DNA from: Clostridia bacterium
GTDB lineage: Bacteria > Bacillota > Clostridia > Oscillospirales > CAG-272
DNA length: 64,000 bases
Direction of reading: 5' to 3'
NCBI GenBank assembly: GCA_017501545.1
Contig: JAFVWS010000014.1
Coordinates: 14,180-78,179 of the forward strand
Below, piece by piece: positions 18,220-26,895 of this stretch. Position 1 is the first letter of the stretch; each line of letters starts with the position of its first letter. The notes under the pieces are model-generated. The model was given only the letters and a program-made list of their open reading frames with translations. It had not been told where the DNA came from and ran no database searches. Both the position numbers and the translations under genes were made by a program.

Positions 18220-19527
18220 ATGAGAATTTATGATATTATTGATAAAAAGCGACAGGGCAAGGAGCTTTCACACGAGGAAATAGAATTTGTTATTTCTGGG
18301 TATATGAATAGCGAAATTCAAGACTATCAGGTTTCCGCCTTGCTTATGGCAATTTGCATAAACTCTATGACTAAGGAAGAAACATATCATCTTACCAAAG
18401 CAATGCTACATTCTGGCGAGGTGTTGTCACTTTCTACGCTTGGTGACAAAACCGTTGACAAGCACAGCACAGGAGGAATTGGCGACAAGACAACGCTTAT
18501 TGTTGCGCCCATTGTGGCGTCCTTGGGTGCTAAGGTTGCTAAAATGTCAGGTCGTGGGCTTGGTTTTACCGGTGGAACAATTGACAAGCTTGAATCAATT
18601 AGTGGTTTTAAGACTGAGCTTAGCGCCAATGAGTTTATCTCACAGGTTGAAAAAATTGGGCTTGCTGTTATACAGCAAAGTGAAAATTTGGTGCCTGCTG
18701 ATAAAAGGCTTTATGCTCTACGCGATGTTACTGCAACTATTGAATCTATTCCACTAATTGCATCAAGCATTATGTCAAAGAAGCTTGCAAGTGGGTCGAA
18801 ATCAATTGTGCTTGACGTTAAGGTTGGCTCTGGTGCTTTTATGAAAACAATTGAAAATGCCCGTGCGCTTGCAAATGCCATGATTGATATTGGCAAGAGC
18901 TTTGGACGTAACGTTACCTGTATTATAAGCAATATGGACGTTCCTCTCGGGCTTTGCGTTGGAAATAAAACTGAGCTTTGGGAGGCAATAGAGGTTTTAA
19001 GTGGCAGAGGCGAGAAAAATTTAAAGGGGCTTTGCTTTACTGTCAGTGCCTCTATGATTTCATCTGCTTTTAATGTTGATTATAATCAAGCAAGAAAAAT
19101 GGTTGAGGATGCAGTTTTTAGTGGCTCTGCCCTTGCAAGATTTTACGAATGGATTGAAGCTCAAGGCGGGGACGTGTCCGAAATTAAGGATTCGAGCCTA
19201 CTTTTGAATGCCAAATACAAGCGCGAGCTTTATTCCAAAGAGAGTGGGTATATTTCAAGGCTTGATGCGCAAAAAATAGGAACTGCTTCTATGTCGCTTG
19301 GCGCTGGACGCATTAAAAAGGGTGACAAAATTGACTACTCTGCTGGTGTTGTTTTAAGCAAGTCATACGGCGACAGAGTTGAGTGTGGCGAGCTTGTTGC
19401 CACCTTTTACTCATCAAGCGAGGAATTGGTAAATAGTGACGAAGCTTGCGCGATGTTCTTCGAAGCGCTTTCTGTAAGCAACGAAAAGCCCAAGGAACAA
19501 ACACTAATTTATGAAATTTTAAAATAA
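18220..19527 (+). CDS. pdp: Pyrimidine-nucleoside phosphorylase
   Basis: 435 aa. DKHSTGGIGDK and the MSGRGLGFTGGTIDKLE motifs. Confidence 0.93.
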   Translation: MRIYDIIDKKRQGKELSHEEIEFVISGYMNSEIQDYQVSALLMAICINSMTKEETYHLTKAMLHSGEVLSLSTLGDKTVDKHSTGGIGDKTTLIVAPIVASLGAKVAKMSGRGLGFTGGTIDKLESISGFKTELSANEFISQVEKIGLAVIQQSENLVPADKRLYALRDVTATIESIPLIASSIMSKKLASGSKSIVLDVKVGSGAFMKTIENARALANAMIDIGKSFGRNVTCIISNMDVPLGLCVGNKTELWEAIEVLSGRGEKNLKGLCFTVSASMISSAFNVDYNQARKMVEDAVFSGSALARFYEWIEAQGGDVSEIKDSSLLLNAKYKRELYSKESGYISRLDAQKIGTASMSLGAGRIKKGDKIDYSAGVVLSKSYGDRVECGELVATFYSSSEELVNSDEACAMFFEALSVSNEKPKEQTLIYEILK

Positions 19528-19583
19528 ATATCACTTTTCTTTTCTTCTTCATATTATGGTAATAAAAAGGAAGGGAGAATTAT

Positions 19584-19664
19584 ATGAAAATTGTTGTTTT
19601 TAAGTCACCAAAGTTTTTCGTTCCATTTTTGAAGAAAATATTCAAGCTTTCTAATAACAAATAG
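19584..19664 (+). CDS. Candidate 26-aa cationic small protein MKIVVFKSPKFFVPFLKKIFKLSNNK
   Basis: My own reading. ATG lies 5 nt after the AAAGGAAGGGAG RBS. TAG at 19662-19664, followed by a strong terminator. Below the length cutoff of the ORF track. Confidence 0.45.
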   Translation: MKIVVFKSPKFFVPFLKKIFKLSNNK

Positions 19665-19682
19665 CTCACTTTGAGTGATTAA

Positions 19683-19707
19683 AAGAGGGATTTCTCCCTC
19701 TTTTTTA
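19683..19707 (+). terminator. Rho-independent terminator (end of deo transcription unit)
   Basis: AAGAGGGA-TTTC-TCCCTCTT followed by TTTTT. Confidence 0.85.
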
Positions 19708-19765
19708 TTGTTTTTTTACTCTTTTTATGATAAAATTTATTTATAAACAACAATAGGAGTAGACT

Positions 19766-21112
19766 ATGAGTGAAAGAATTGATGCACTTAAATATCTAAG
19801 AGACGATAGTTTTTTTGAAAGTGTTGTACTTCCAAATATAGAAAAATATCGTAAGGGAAACGCATCTATAATCATAAAGGACAGCTTTGGAAATGCTATT
19901 AACAATTTCGAAATTACGGTTACTCAAAAATCACATGAGTTTAAATTTGGCGCGAATATTTTCATGCTTGATGAATTAGAAACCGAAGAAAAAAACAGAC
20001 TATACAAGGAATATTTCAAAACCACCTTCAATATGGCTACTCTTCCTTTTTATTGGAACACTCTTGAAAATAAAAGAGGTAAGCCAAGATACGACAAAGA
20101 CGCGCCAAAATGGTACAGAAGACCGCCAATAGACCTTTGTATGGAATTTTGTCTAAAAAATGATATAGAACCACGTGAGCATGGGCTTGCCTATGAAAAT
20201 ATGTTTCCAGAATGGTTGTCAAACGCAAGCATTTCAGAAATCAAAGAGGCATTAATCAAACGATATGAAGAAATTTCCACACGTTATGCTGACAAAATTC
20301 ACACCATTGAGGTTACAAACGAAATGGATTGGCAAAAGGGAGCTACTCCGTTTTATAGTGAACCAGATTTTATCGAATGGTGCTTTAAAAAGGCAGATTT
20401 TTATTTCCCTGGCAACCAGCTTGTTATAAACGAATGGACCGAAGCTGCGTGGGGAGATAATTGCCGTACAACTGATAAATATTATGCTTACACCGAGGCT
20501 GCAAAATTAAAGGGGTGCCGAATTGACGCCATCGGCATGCAATTTCATATGTTTTACAATAGAGATGAGGAAATAGAAAAATCAAGCTATTTATATAATC
20601 CTAAATCGCTATATAGTCATATGGATTTATACTCAAATTTAGCTGAAAATTTACAGGTCACGGAGATTACCATTCCCGCTTATTCAAACGATGAAAAGGA
20701 TGAAGCCATACAAGCTGAAATACTAAAAAGACTTTATTACATTTGGTTTTCTCACCCCAAAATGGACCAAATTATTTATTGGAATTTAGTTGATGGCTAT
20801 GCTTTTGTGCGAAATCCAACGCCAGAGGAAATTAGACGCACACAAGGAAATATGACAATTGGTGAAAATCAATATTACGGGGGACTCTTAAGATTTGATC
20901 TAACACCCAAGCCATCATACTTTATGTTGAATGACCTGATTACAAAAAAATGGCACACCTCACTCAAGCTTAACGCAAATATTGATGGACGTGTCGATTT
21001 TAGAGGTTTTTTTGGTGACTATGACATAGAAATCAAGTTGGGAGATAAGATAATTAAAAAAGAGATTTCCTTGCTTAAAAACAAAAATAACCATTTTGAT
21101 TTTACTGTATAA
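19766..21112 (+). CDS. Cytoplasmic glycoside hydrolase family 10-like protein (putative endo-1,4-beta-xylanase-like)
   Basis: 448 aa with no signal peptide. (beta/alpha)8-type blocks have candidate catalytic Glu residues in IEVTNEMDW and QVTEITIP. The IDAIGMQFH block is typical of GH10. Confidence 0.7.
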   Translation: MSERIDALKYLRDDSFFESVVLPNIEKYRKGNASIIIKDSFGNAINNFEITVTQKSHEFKFGANIFMLDELETEEKNRLYKEYFKTTFNMATLPFYWNTLENKRGKPRYDKDAPKWYRRPPIDLCMEFCLKNDIEPREHGLAYENMFPEWLSNASISEIKEALIKRYEEISTRYADKIHTIEVTNEMDWQKGATPFYSEPDFIEWCFKKADFYFPGNQLVINEWTEAAWGDNCRTTDKYYAYTEAAKLKGCRIDAIGMQFHMFYNRDEEIEKSSYLYNPKSLYSHMDLYSNLAENLQVTEITIPAYSNDEKDEAIQAEILKRLYYIWFSHPKMDQIIYWNLVDGYAFVRNPTPEEIRRTQGNMTIGENQYYGGLLRFDLTPKPSYFMLNDLITKKWHTSLKLNANIDGRVDFRGFFGDYDIEIKLGDKIIKKEISLLKNKNNHFDFTV

Positions 21113-21115
21113 CAA

Positions 21116-21148
21116 AAAAGCATCTGTGACTTTCACAGATGCTTTTAT
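21116..21148. terminator. Bidirectional rho-independent terminator
   Basis: AAAAAAGCATCTGTGA-CTT-TCACAGATGCTTTTATTTT between convergent genes. Confidence 0.85.
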
Positions 21149-21149
21149 T

Positions 21150-21812
21150 TTATTCCTTTATAAGCTCATAATTGCCGTTTCTTAGCGTTTCAACAAGCGT
21201 TTCCATATCTTCAATTTTATGCTCAGTTAAAATACCTGCATTTACGGGAACATGGTTGTAGTGAAAATCAGTTCCCGAGGTCTTAATCAAGCCATATTTA
21301 TCTGCCCACATATCTGCTATTTCATTTCTCGAATCATGACCCTTGTGACCATTATACACCTCAACACCATCAAGTAAATCGGGGCGGATAACCACCATGG
21401 AATTTCTAAATGGATGTGCTTGAATAAACAAGAGCCCATTTTGGCGTGCAAGCCTTGAAAAGCTTTCAGGATTCATTAGATAAAGAGGCTCATTTTTTCT
21501 CAAAAATTCCTCAGTTACACCAAAAACTAAATAGTCATTTGAGTTGCCATTAAACCTTAATTCCATACCCAATAAAACAGTTAGCTTGCCATCGGCATCC
21601 TTTTTCAGGTCCTTGTAGCCTTGACAGTATTTGTCTATAAACTCCTCGTAGCTTTTTGCACCTAACGAATCCTCAGTATACTTATTAAAATGGTTAGCAA
21701 GGACAAGTGTTGTATATCCTGCCTCGGTATATTTATTTATAATTTGCTCATTTGACACCTCGGCGCATTGGCTTACGCTTTTCGAGTGACAATGTAACTC
21801 TGTTTTAAACAT
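21150..21812 (-). CDS. PHP-domain metal-dependent phosphoesterase
   Basis: 220 aa. The N-terminal ELHCHS histidine motif and later QAHPFR / GTDFH motifs are typical of the PHP fold. Confidence 0.7.
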   Translation of the reverse strand: MFKTELHCHSKSVSQCAEVSNEQIINKYTEAGYTTLVLANHFNKYTEDSLGAKSYEEFIDKYCQGYKDLKKDADGKLTVLLGMELRFNGNSNDYLVFGVTEEFLRKNEPLYLMNPESFSRLARQNGLLFIQAHPFRNSMVVIRPDLLDGVEVYNGHKGHDSRNEIADMWADKYGLIKTSGTDFHYNHVPVNAGILTEHKIEDMETLVETLRNGNYELIKE

Positions 21813-21855
21813 AGTATTCCCTTCTTTTTTGCTAAAAATCGTACAGGGGGTGGGG

Positions 21856-22788
21856 TTATTTCCATTTTGGCTTGTTTTTTAGCGTTATGTAAAGCTCCTT
21901 GTAGCTTTCGTGGCGTGAGGCTTCAATTTCGCCATCACTGACGCGTCTTATAACGTCACAGCCATCCTCCTTGATGTGCGTGCATTTGGTGTATTTGCAT
22001 TTTCCCTCTGAGCCACCAAACTCTCTAAACGTATCGAATAAATCCTCAAGTGTAAAGAAGTCAAAGCGTTCAAAATCCAGTAGTGAGAAGCCTGGTGTGT
22101 CGGCAAGGTAGCCGTTATACTCACCACCCAAAAGCTCACTAAGCGGGAAAAGCTCTGTATGACGAGTGGTGTTTTTACCCCTCTCTATTTTTTCACTCAG
22201 CTCTCCTGTTTCAAGAGTAAGCCTTGGAAAAAGCGTATTCATAAGCGTGCTTTTTCCAGCGCCCGATGCGCCTGCAAAGGCACAAATAGGGCTATTTTGC
22301 TTAGTAATTTCCTTTAAGTAGTCAAGTAAGCTATCAACGCCCTCGTTTTCAAGTGACGAGGTGACAATGGTATGAAAGCCACTGCTTTTGTAAATCCTTG
22401 CAATTTCCTCGGCATACTCACTATCAAGGTCCGACTTTGAGACTACAATTACAGGCTCAATTTTATTGTGCTCTGCAATTGAAATCATTTTGTCAACTAT
22501 GAAAAGTGATGGTGTGGGCTTCTTTGATGAAATAACGATGAAAATGTAGTCAAGATTTGCAAGTGGCGGTCTTATAAGAGAATTCTTTCTTTCAAGAATT
22601 TTCTTTGCAAAAAAGCCTCCGTCACTTAGTGGCTCAAGCTCTACCCTGTCGCCAGCTAACAGAAGCGTTTTTTCGTAGCGAAACGCGCCACGCCCCCTTA
22701 CGCTTACATATTCCTCGCCGTTATATTCTTGGTCGAGGCGTACTCTATAAAGTCCACCTACGCCTTTTATTACCGTTCCTACTATCAT
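21856..22788 (-). CDS. rsgA: Ribosome small-subunit-dependent GTPase A
   Basis: 310 aa. Circularly permuted GTPase (SKSDL before GASGAGKST) and a C-terminal zinc motif CKYTKCTHIKEDGC. Confidence 0.92.
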   Translation of the reverse strand: MIVGTVIKGVGGLYRVRLDQEYNGEEYVSVRGRGAFRYEKTLLLAGDRVELEPLSDGGFFAKKILERKNSLIRPPLANLDYIFIVISSKKPTPSLFIVDKMISIAEHNKIEPVIVVSKSDLDSEYAEEIARIYKSSGFHTIVTSSLENEGVDSLLDYLKEITKQNSPICAFAGASGAGKSTLMNTLFPRLTLETGELSEKIERGKNTTRHTELFPLSELLGGEYNGYLADTPGFSLLDFERFDFFTLEDLFDTFREFGGSEGKCKYTKCTHIKEDGCDVIRRVSDGEIEASRHESYKELYITLKNKPKWK

Positions 22789-22789
22789 A

Positions 22790-23737
22790 TTATTTCTTCT
22801 TTGAGAAAAATCTCTTCACCTTACCCCAGAAGTTTTGCATTGCTGAGTTAGATGGAAGCTCATCAAACTTGATTTTTCTATCAGCTTGAAGCCTTTTTAG
22901 ATAGCTTAGCATCTCATCTGCAGTTTGGAAACGGTTTGCTGGGTCCTTGCTCATTGCGCAAAGAATTATTTGCTCGAGCCCAACTGGGATTGAGGAGTTT
23001 AGCTGTCTTGGTGGTATAGCCTCCTCCTGCATGTGCTTTATGAGCACTGCAAGTGGTGTTTCACCTCTGAATGGTGTTTGTCCCGTCGCAAGCTCGTACA
23101 TCATAGCACCAAGGGAATAAATATCGCTTCTTGTGTCGATGTTTTTCTTTCCACTTGCCTGCTCAGGGCTCATATAGTAAACTGTACCAACTGCCTTATC
23201 AGTTACTGTAATTGTTTCAGCATCTGGCAATTTTGCAATACCAAAGTCCATTACCTTTATGCGTCCATTTTCAAGAAGCATAATATTTTGTGGCTTAATG
23301 TCTCTATGGATAATGCCGTTGCGATGCGCCTCGGAAAGTGCGCGCAAAATTTGCGCTGAATAGCTTACAACCTCCTCAAAGCGAAGTGGCTCTCCCTTTG
23401 CAGTTAGGTAATTTTTAAGGGTTAAGCCATAGAGAAATTCCATAACCATATACTTGATTTTGCCCTTAATTGAAACGTTGTGCACGGCAACTATATTGTT
23501 ATGCTTTAGCATACCCTCTGCCTTGGACTCGTTTTTAAATCTCTTAACAACAACCTCGTCAGTTGCGACGTCATCCTTTAGGATTTTTATCGCTACGGTC
23601 ATATTGTTTAGGTAGGTATCTCTGGCTCTGAATACCACAGCCATTCCACCAATGCCGATTAGCTTGTCGATTATATATCTGTCGTCAAGAATGTTGTTCT
23701 CATACTGCTTATACTTTTCATACTTTTCGTTTGACAT
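22790..23737 (-). CDS. prkC: Hanks-type Ser/Thr protein kinase, kinase domain only (no TM segment, no PASTA repeats)
   Basis: 315 aa. GIGGMAVVF...VAIK, HRDIKPQN, DFGIAK and SPEQ motifs. Occupies the prkC slot between prpC and rsgA. Ends in a short cationic tail FWGKVKRFFSKKK. Confidence 0.85.
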   Translation of the reverse strand: MSNEKYEKYKQYENNILDDRYIIDKLIGIGGMAVVFRARDTYLNNMTVAIKILKDDVATDEVVVKRFKNESKAEGMLKHNNIVAVHNVSIKGKIKYMVMEFLYGLTLKNYLTAKGEPLRFEEVVSYSAQILRALSEAHRNGIIHRDIKPQNIMLLENGRIKVMDFGIAKLPDAETITVTDKAVGTVYYMSPEQASGKKNIDTRSDIYSLGAMMYELATGQTPFRGETPLAVLIKHMQEEAIPPRQLNSSIPVGLEQIILCAMSKDPANRFQTADEMLSYLKRLQADRKIKFDELPSNSAMQNFWGKVKRFFSKKK

Positions 23738-23757
23738 TGATAAAATACCTCCCCCTC

Positions 23758-24534
23758 TTAAATTCTTACAAGTATTGCGGTTATGTTATCATATCCGCCG
23801 TTTTCGTTTGCTGTGTCTATTAAACGTCTAACCTTCAAGTCAAGCTCAACCTGATCGACCTTTGATGAATTACGCTCGTTTGAGATAATATCACAAAGGG
23901 TAGCATTATCCACCATATTTGTAAGACCATCTGAGCAGAAAAGCAAATAGCTTCCCTCCTCGAGCCTTGCAGTATAGATATCGCCCTCAACAAAAACCTC
24001 TGTGCCTACTGCCCTTGTTATGATGTTTTTGTTGGATGCCCTTTCTGCCTCCTCCTTTGTGAGTTGTCCCATATCAACAAGATATTGAACGTATGAGTGG
24101 TCCTTTGTAATTTGCTTAATTGAGCTTCCCTTCAAGGAATAAAGACGGCTGTCACCTACGTTGATGCAGAAAAGCACCTTATCAATTATAAGCGCGCCGA
24201 CAAGTGTAGTGCCCATGCCCTTATGGTCAACGCTTTGCTTTGCGCGAAGATATACTCTTTCGTTTGCTATATCAACACCCCTTGCCAAGGCTCTTTTAAT
24301 ATCGCTTGTGCTAACCTGTCTGTCTCTATTTTTGAGGTAAGGAATAATAAATTGGTCAACGGTGTGAACAAATGCCTCAGCAGCAATTGCAGATGCTTCT
24401 TCGCCACCCTTGATTCCTCCCATGCCGTCACAAACCACGCAAAGAGTTGTCTTTTCTGTATATTTACGAAGCATAAAATTGTCTTGGTTGTTGCTACGCT
24501 TCATTCCTACGTTTGTACTGGCAGAACAAATCAT
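23758..24534 (-). CDS. prpC: PP2C-family Ser/Thr protein phosphatase
   Basis: 258 aa. NQDNF, CDGMGG, CSDGL and DNITAILV motifs. Confidence 0.92.
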   Translation of the reverse strand: MICSASTNVGMKRSNNQDNFMLRKYTEKTTLCVVCDGMGGIKGGEEASAIAAEAFVHTVDQFIIPYLKNRDRQVSTSDIKRALARGVDIANERVYLRAKQSVDHKGMGTTLVGALIIDKVLFCINVGDSRLYSLKGSSIKQITKDHSYVQYLVDMGQLTKEEAERASNKNIITRAVGTEVFVEGDIYTARLEEGSYLLFCSDGLTNMVDNATLCDIISNERNSSKVDQVELDLKVRRLIDTANENGGYDNITAILVRI

Positions 24535-25583
24535 TTATTTTCCTCCTTTGCTCCCTTTCTAAGCTGTCCACATGAGGCATTGATATCAGAGCCTAAGCGA
24601 CGTCTGACTGTTGCGTTTATGCCGAGTGATATTAGCTTGTTTTTAAAGCCTGCTACGTTTTTAGAGGTTGAAAGCCTTGTTTCCTTAACCTCATTTAGCG
24701 GGATTAGATTAACGTGACAGGGTGATTTTATGTATTTTTTAATTATTGAGGCAAGCGCCACTGCGCCCTGTTCAGTGTCGTTTTTACCAGCAATTAAGGT
24801 GTATTCAAACGAAATCCTACGTGAGGTTTTTTCAAAATAGCGCTGACAAGCAGTAAGCAATTCTTCAATTGAATACTTTTTGTTTACTGGCATAATCTCG
24901 CTTCTTACGTCGTTATCATATGCGTGAAGTGAGATTGAAAGTGTAATTGGCAACCCCTCATTTGAAAGGGCATCAATTTTGTCGACTAAGCCACAGGTGG
25001 AGACGGAAATATGGCGTAGGCCTATATTAAGTCCTTCGTCTGCACTTACTAATTTAAGGAATTTTATGGTGTTGTCATAGTTATCAAGTGGCTCACCAAT
25101 TCCCATCATTACCACGTTTGAAATTCTTTCGCCTGTGTCCTTTTGCGCAGAAATTATTTGTCCAAGCATTTCACTTGGCAACAGATCGCGCGTTCTTCCA
25201 AGCAAGGTTGAGGCGCAGAATTTACAGCCCATACGACAACCAACCTGTGATGAGATACAAAGCGTGTTTCCATGCTCGTATTTCATAAAAACAGACTCAA
25301 TTAGCTCACCGTCGTAAAGCTTGAATAGATATTTTTTTGTTCCATCAATTTTTGAAACAAGTCTTTTTTCAACCGTTGGTAGAGTGAAAATAAAGTGATT
25401 ATCAAGCTTTTCTATAAGCGAGGTAGGAAGGTTTTTCATTTCCTTGCCCCAAGCGCCCTTCATAATCCAGCCGTAAATTTGCTTTGCGCGAAACTTAGGC
25501 TCACCTATTTCTATTATTTCTTTTTCAAGCTCATTATATGAGAGCGATAAAATATCAATTTTTTCAAAGGAGTTAGTCATCAT
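24531..25583 (-). CDS. rlmN: 23S rRNA (adenine2503-C2)-methyltransferase, radical SAM
   Basis: 350 aa. Radical-SAM motif CRMGCKFC and the C-terminal catalytic Cys in INASCGQL. Confidence 0.93.
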   Translation of the reverse strand: MMTNSFEKIDILSLSYNELEKEIIEIGEPKFRAKQIYGWIMKGAWGKEMKNLPTSLIEKLDNHFIFTLPTVEKRLVSKIDGTKKYLFKLYDGELIESVFMKYEHGNTLCISSQVGCRMGCKFCASTLLGRTRDLLPSEMLGQIISAQKDTGERISNVVMMGIGEPLDNYDNTIKFLKLVSADEGLNIGLRHISVSTCGLVDKIDALSNEGLPITLSISLHAYDNDVRSEIMPVNKKYSIEELLTACQRYFEKTSRRISFEYTLIAGKNDTEQGAVALASIIKKYIKSPCHVNLIPLNEVKETRLSTSKNVAGFKNKLISLGINATVRRRLGSDINASCGQLRKGAKEENK

Positions 25584-26880
25584 TTCTTCTCATTCTTGCC
25601 ACGAAAAAGCCGTCAGTGCCAGTTAAGTGTGGTAAGAAGGTGTAGCCTCCTTTGGTTGATTTTATATTGCCAAGCTCAAAATCATATGCTGAAAAGTCCT
25701 TATTTTCACTAAGGAATTTTTCAACAATCCGTTCGTTTTCTTGGGAATTTAGTGTGCAGGTTGAATAAACAAGCACACCACCCTTTTTGACGTATTTTGC
25801 GTTGTTATTTAAGATATCATATTGCACGCTTGGCAGGGTGCTATATGAAGATAATGGCTTATATTTAATATCAGGCTTTTTGAAAATTACACCAAGGCCT
25901 GAGCAAGGTACGTCACAAAGCACCCTATCAAATTTTTCGTCCCACTCTATTACGTGCTCCTTGCCGTTTTGGCACCTTGCCTCGATTATATTAATGCCTA
26001 AGCGTCCAGCTCCCTTGGTAATTAGTGAAAGCTTGCTTTGGTGTAGGTCGCAGGAGCTTACCTCGCCCTTGTTTTCCATATCAATTGCAATACTAAAGCT
26101 TTTGCCACCTGGACACGCACATGCATCAAGCACGCAGTCACCTTTATGTGCGTCAACTATTTGCGAGGCGATTCGAGAGGACTCATCCTGTACGAATATA
26201 GAGCCGTCACTTATCATTTTTTCAATATCAGAAATTGATGCGTTTGTTTTAATTATTGAGTCGGCAATTTCGGATTTTTTCGCCTCAAAGCCATTCTTTT
26301 CAAGCATAGCGATAATATCGTCAGCGCTTGCTTTTAATGTGTTTACTCTTAATGAAAGTGAAGATTTTTGTGGGGGGAGTGTGCAAATTTCGCTTGCTAT
26401 ATCCTCCCCATACGAGCTAACAAACAGCTTGCATAGCTCCATAGGAACTGAGTATTCAAGCGAGATTCTTTCCCACTTGTCACTTGGCAAGGTGATTTTC
26501 TTGCCATCTCTTATAAAGCTTCTTAGAATTGCGTTTACAAAGCCCTTTGTTTTCTTGCTGGCTAAATTAACTGACTCGTCAGTTGCGCTATACTCAGGGA
26601 TTTTCTCAGTAAAGGCAAGCTGGTAAATACCAAGCCTTAAAATGTTTTTTGTGGCTGTGTCAAGCTCATCTAAGGAGCGACAGGAATATTTTTTAATTAT
26701 GTGGTCAAGAAGTAGCTTTTTTTCAATTACGCCAAGAAATAAAAGTGTGTATAAGGAAGCGTCATTTTTTGGTGCGTTAGCACGTGAAATAACAGTATTA
26801 ACCTCTATGTTTGAAAACGCACCGCTTTCTTCCCATTTGATAAGTGATTTAAGCGCTGCTTCTCTTGGGTTAAATATCAT
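25573..26880 (-). CDS. rsmB: 16S rRNA (cytosine967-C5)-methyltransferase
   Basis: 435 aa. NusB-like N-domain, SAM motif DACACPGGKS, and catalytic Cys motifs DVPCSGLG and YSTCT. Confidence 0.92.
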   Translation of the reverse strand: MIFNPREAALKSLIKWEESGAFSNIEVNTVISRANAPKNDASLYTLLFLGVIEKKLLLDHIIKKYSCRSLDELDTATKNILRLGIYQLAFTEKIPEYSATDESVNLASKKTKGFVNAILRSFIRDGKKITLPSDKWERISLEYSVPMELCKLFVSSYGEDIASEICTLPPQKSSLSLRVNTLKASADDIIAMLEKNGFEAKKSEIADSIIKTNASISDIEKMISDGSIFVQDESSRIASQIVDAHKGDCVLDACACPGGKSFSIAIDMENKGEVSSCDLHQSKLSLITKGAGRLGINIIEARCQNGKEHVIEWDEKFDRVLCDVPCSGLGVIFKKPDIKYKPLSSYSTLPSVQYDILNNNAKYVKKGGVLVYSTCTLNSQENERIVEKFLSENKDFSAYDFELGNIKSTKGGYTFLPHLTGTDGFFVARMRRNDD

Positions 26881-26895
26881 TTCCTTACTCCTTTC

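Noticed and set aside
25787-26626. 279-aa plus-strand ORF, with similar long antisense ORFs at 24223-24717, 47549-48070, 52659-53060 and 11925-12272.
   Set aside because: Each lies entirely antisense to a well-supported conserved gene (rsmB, prpC/rlmN, rplX/rplN, rplC, DUF1846). The translations are Ser/Leu/Phe-rich and low complexity, and none has an RBS. These are classic shadow ORFs.
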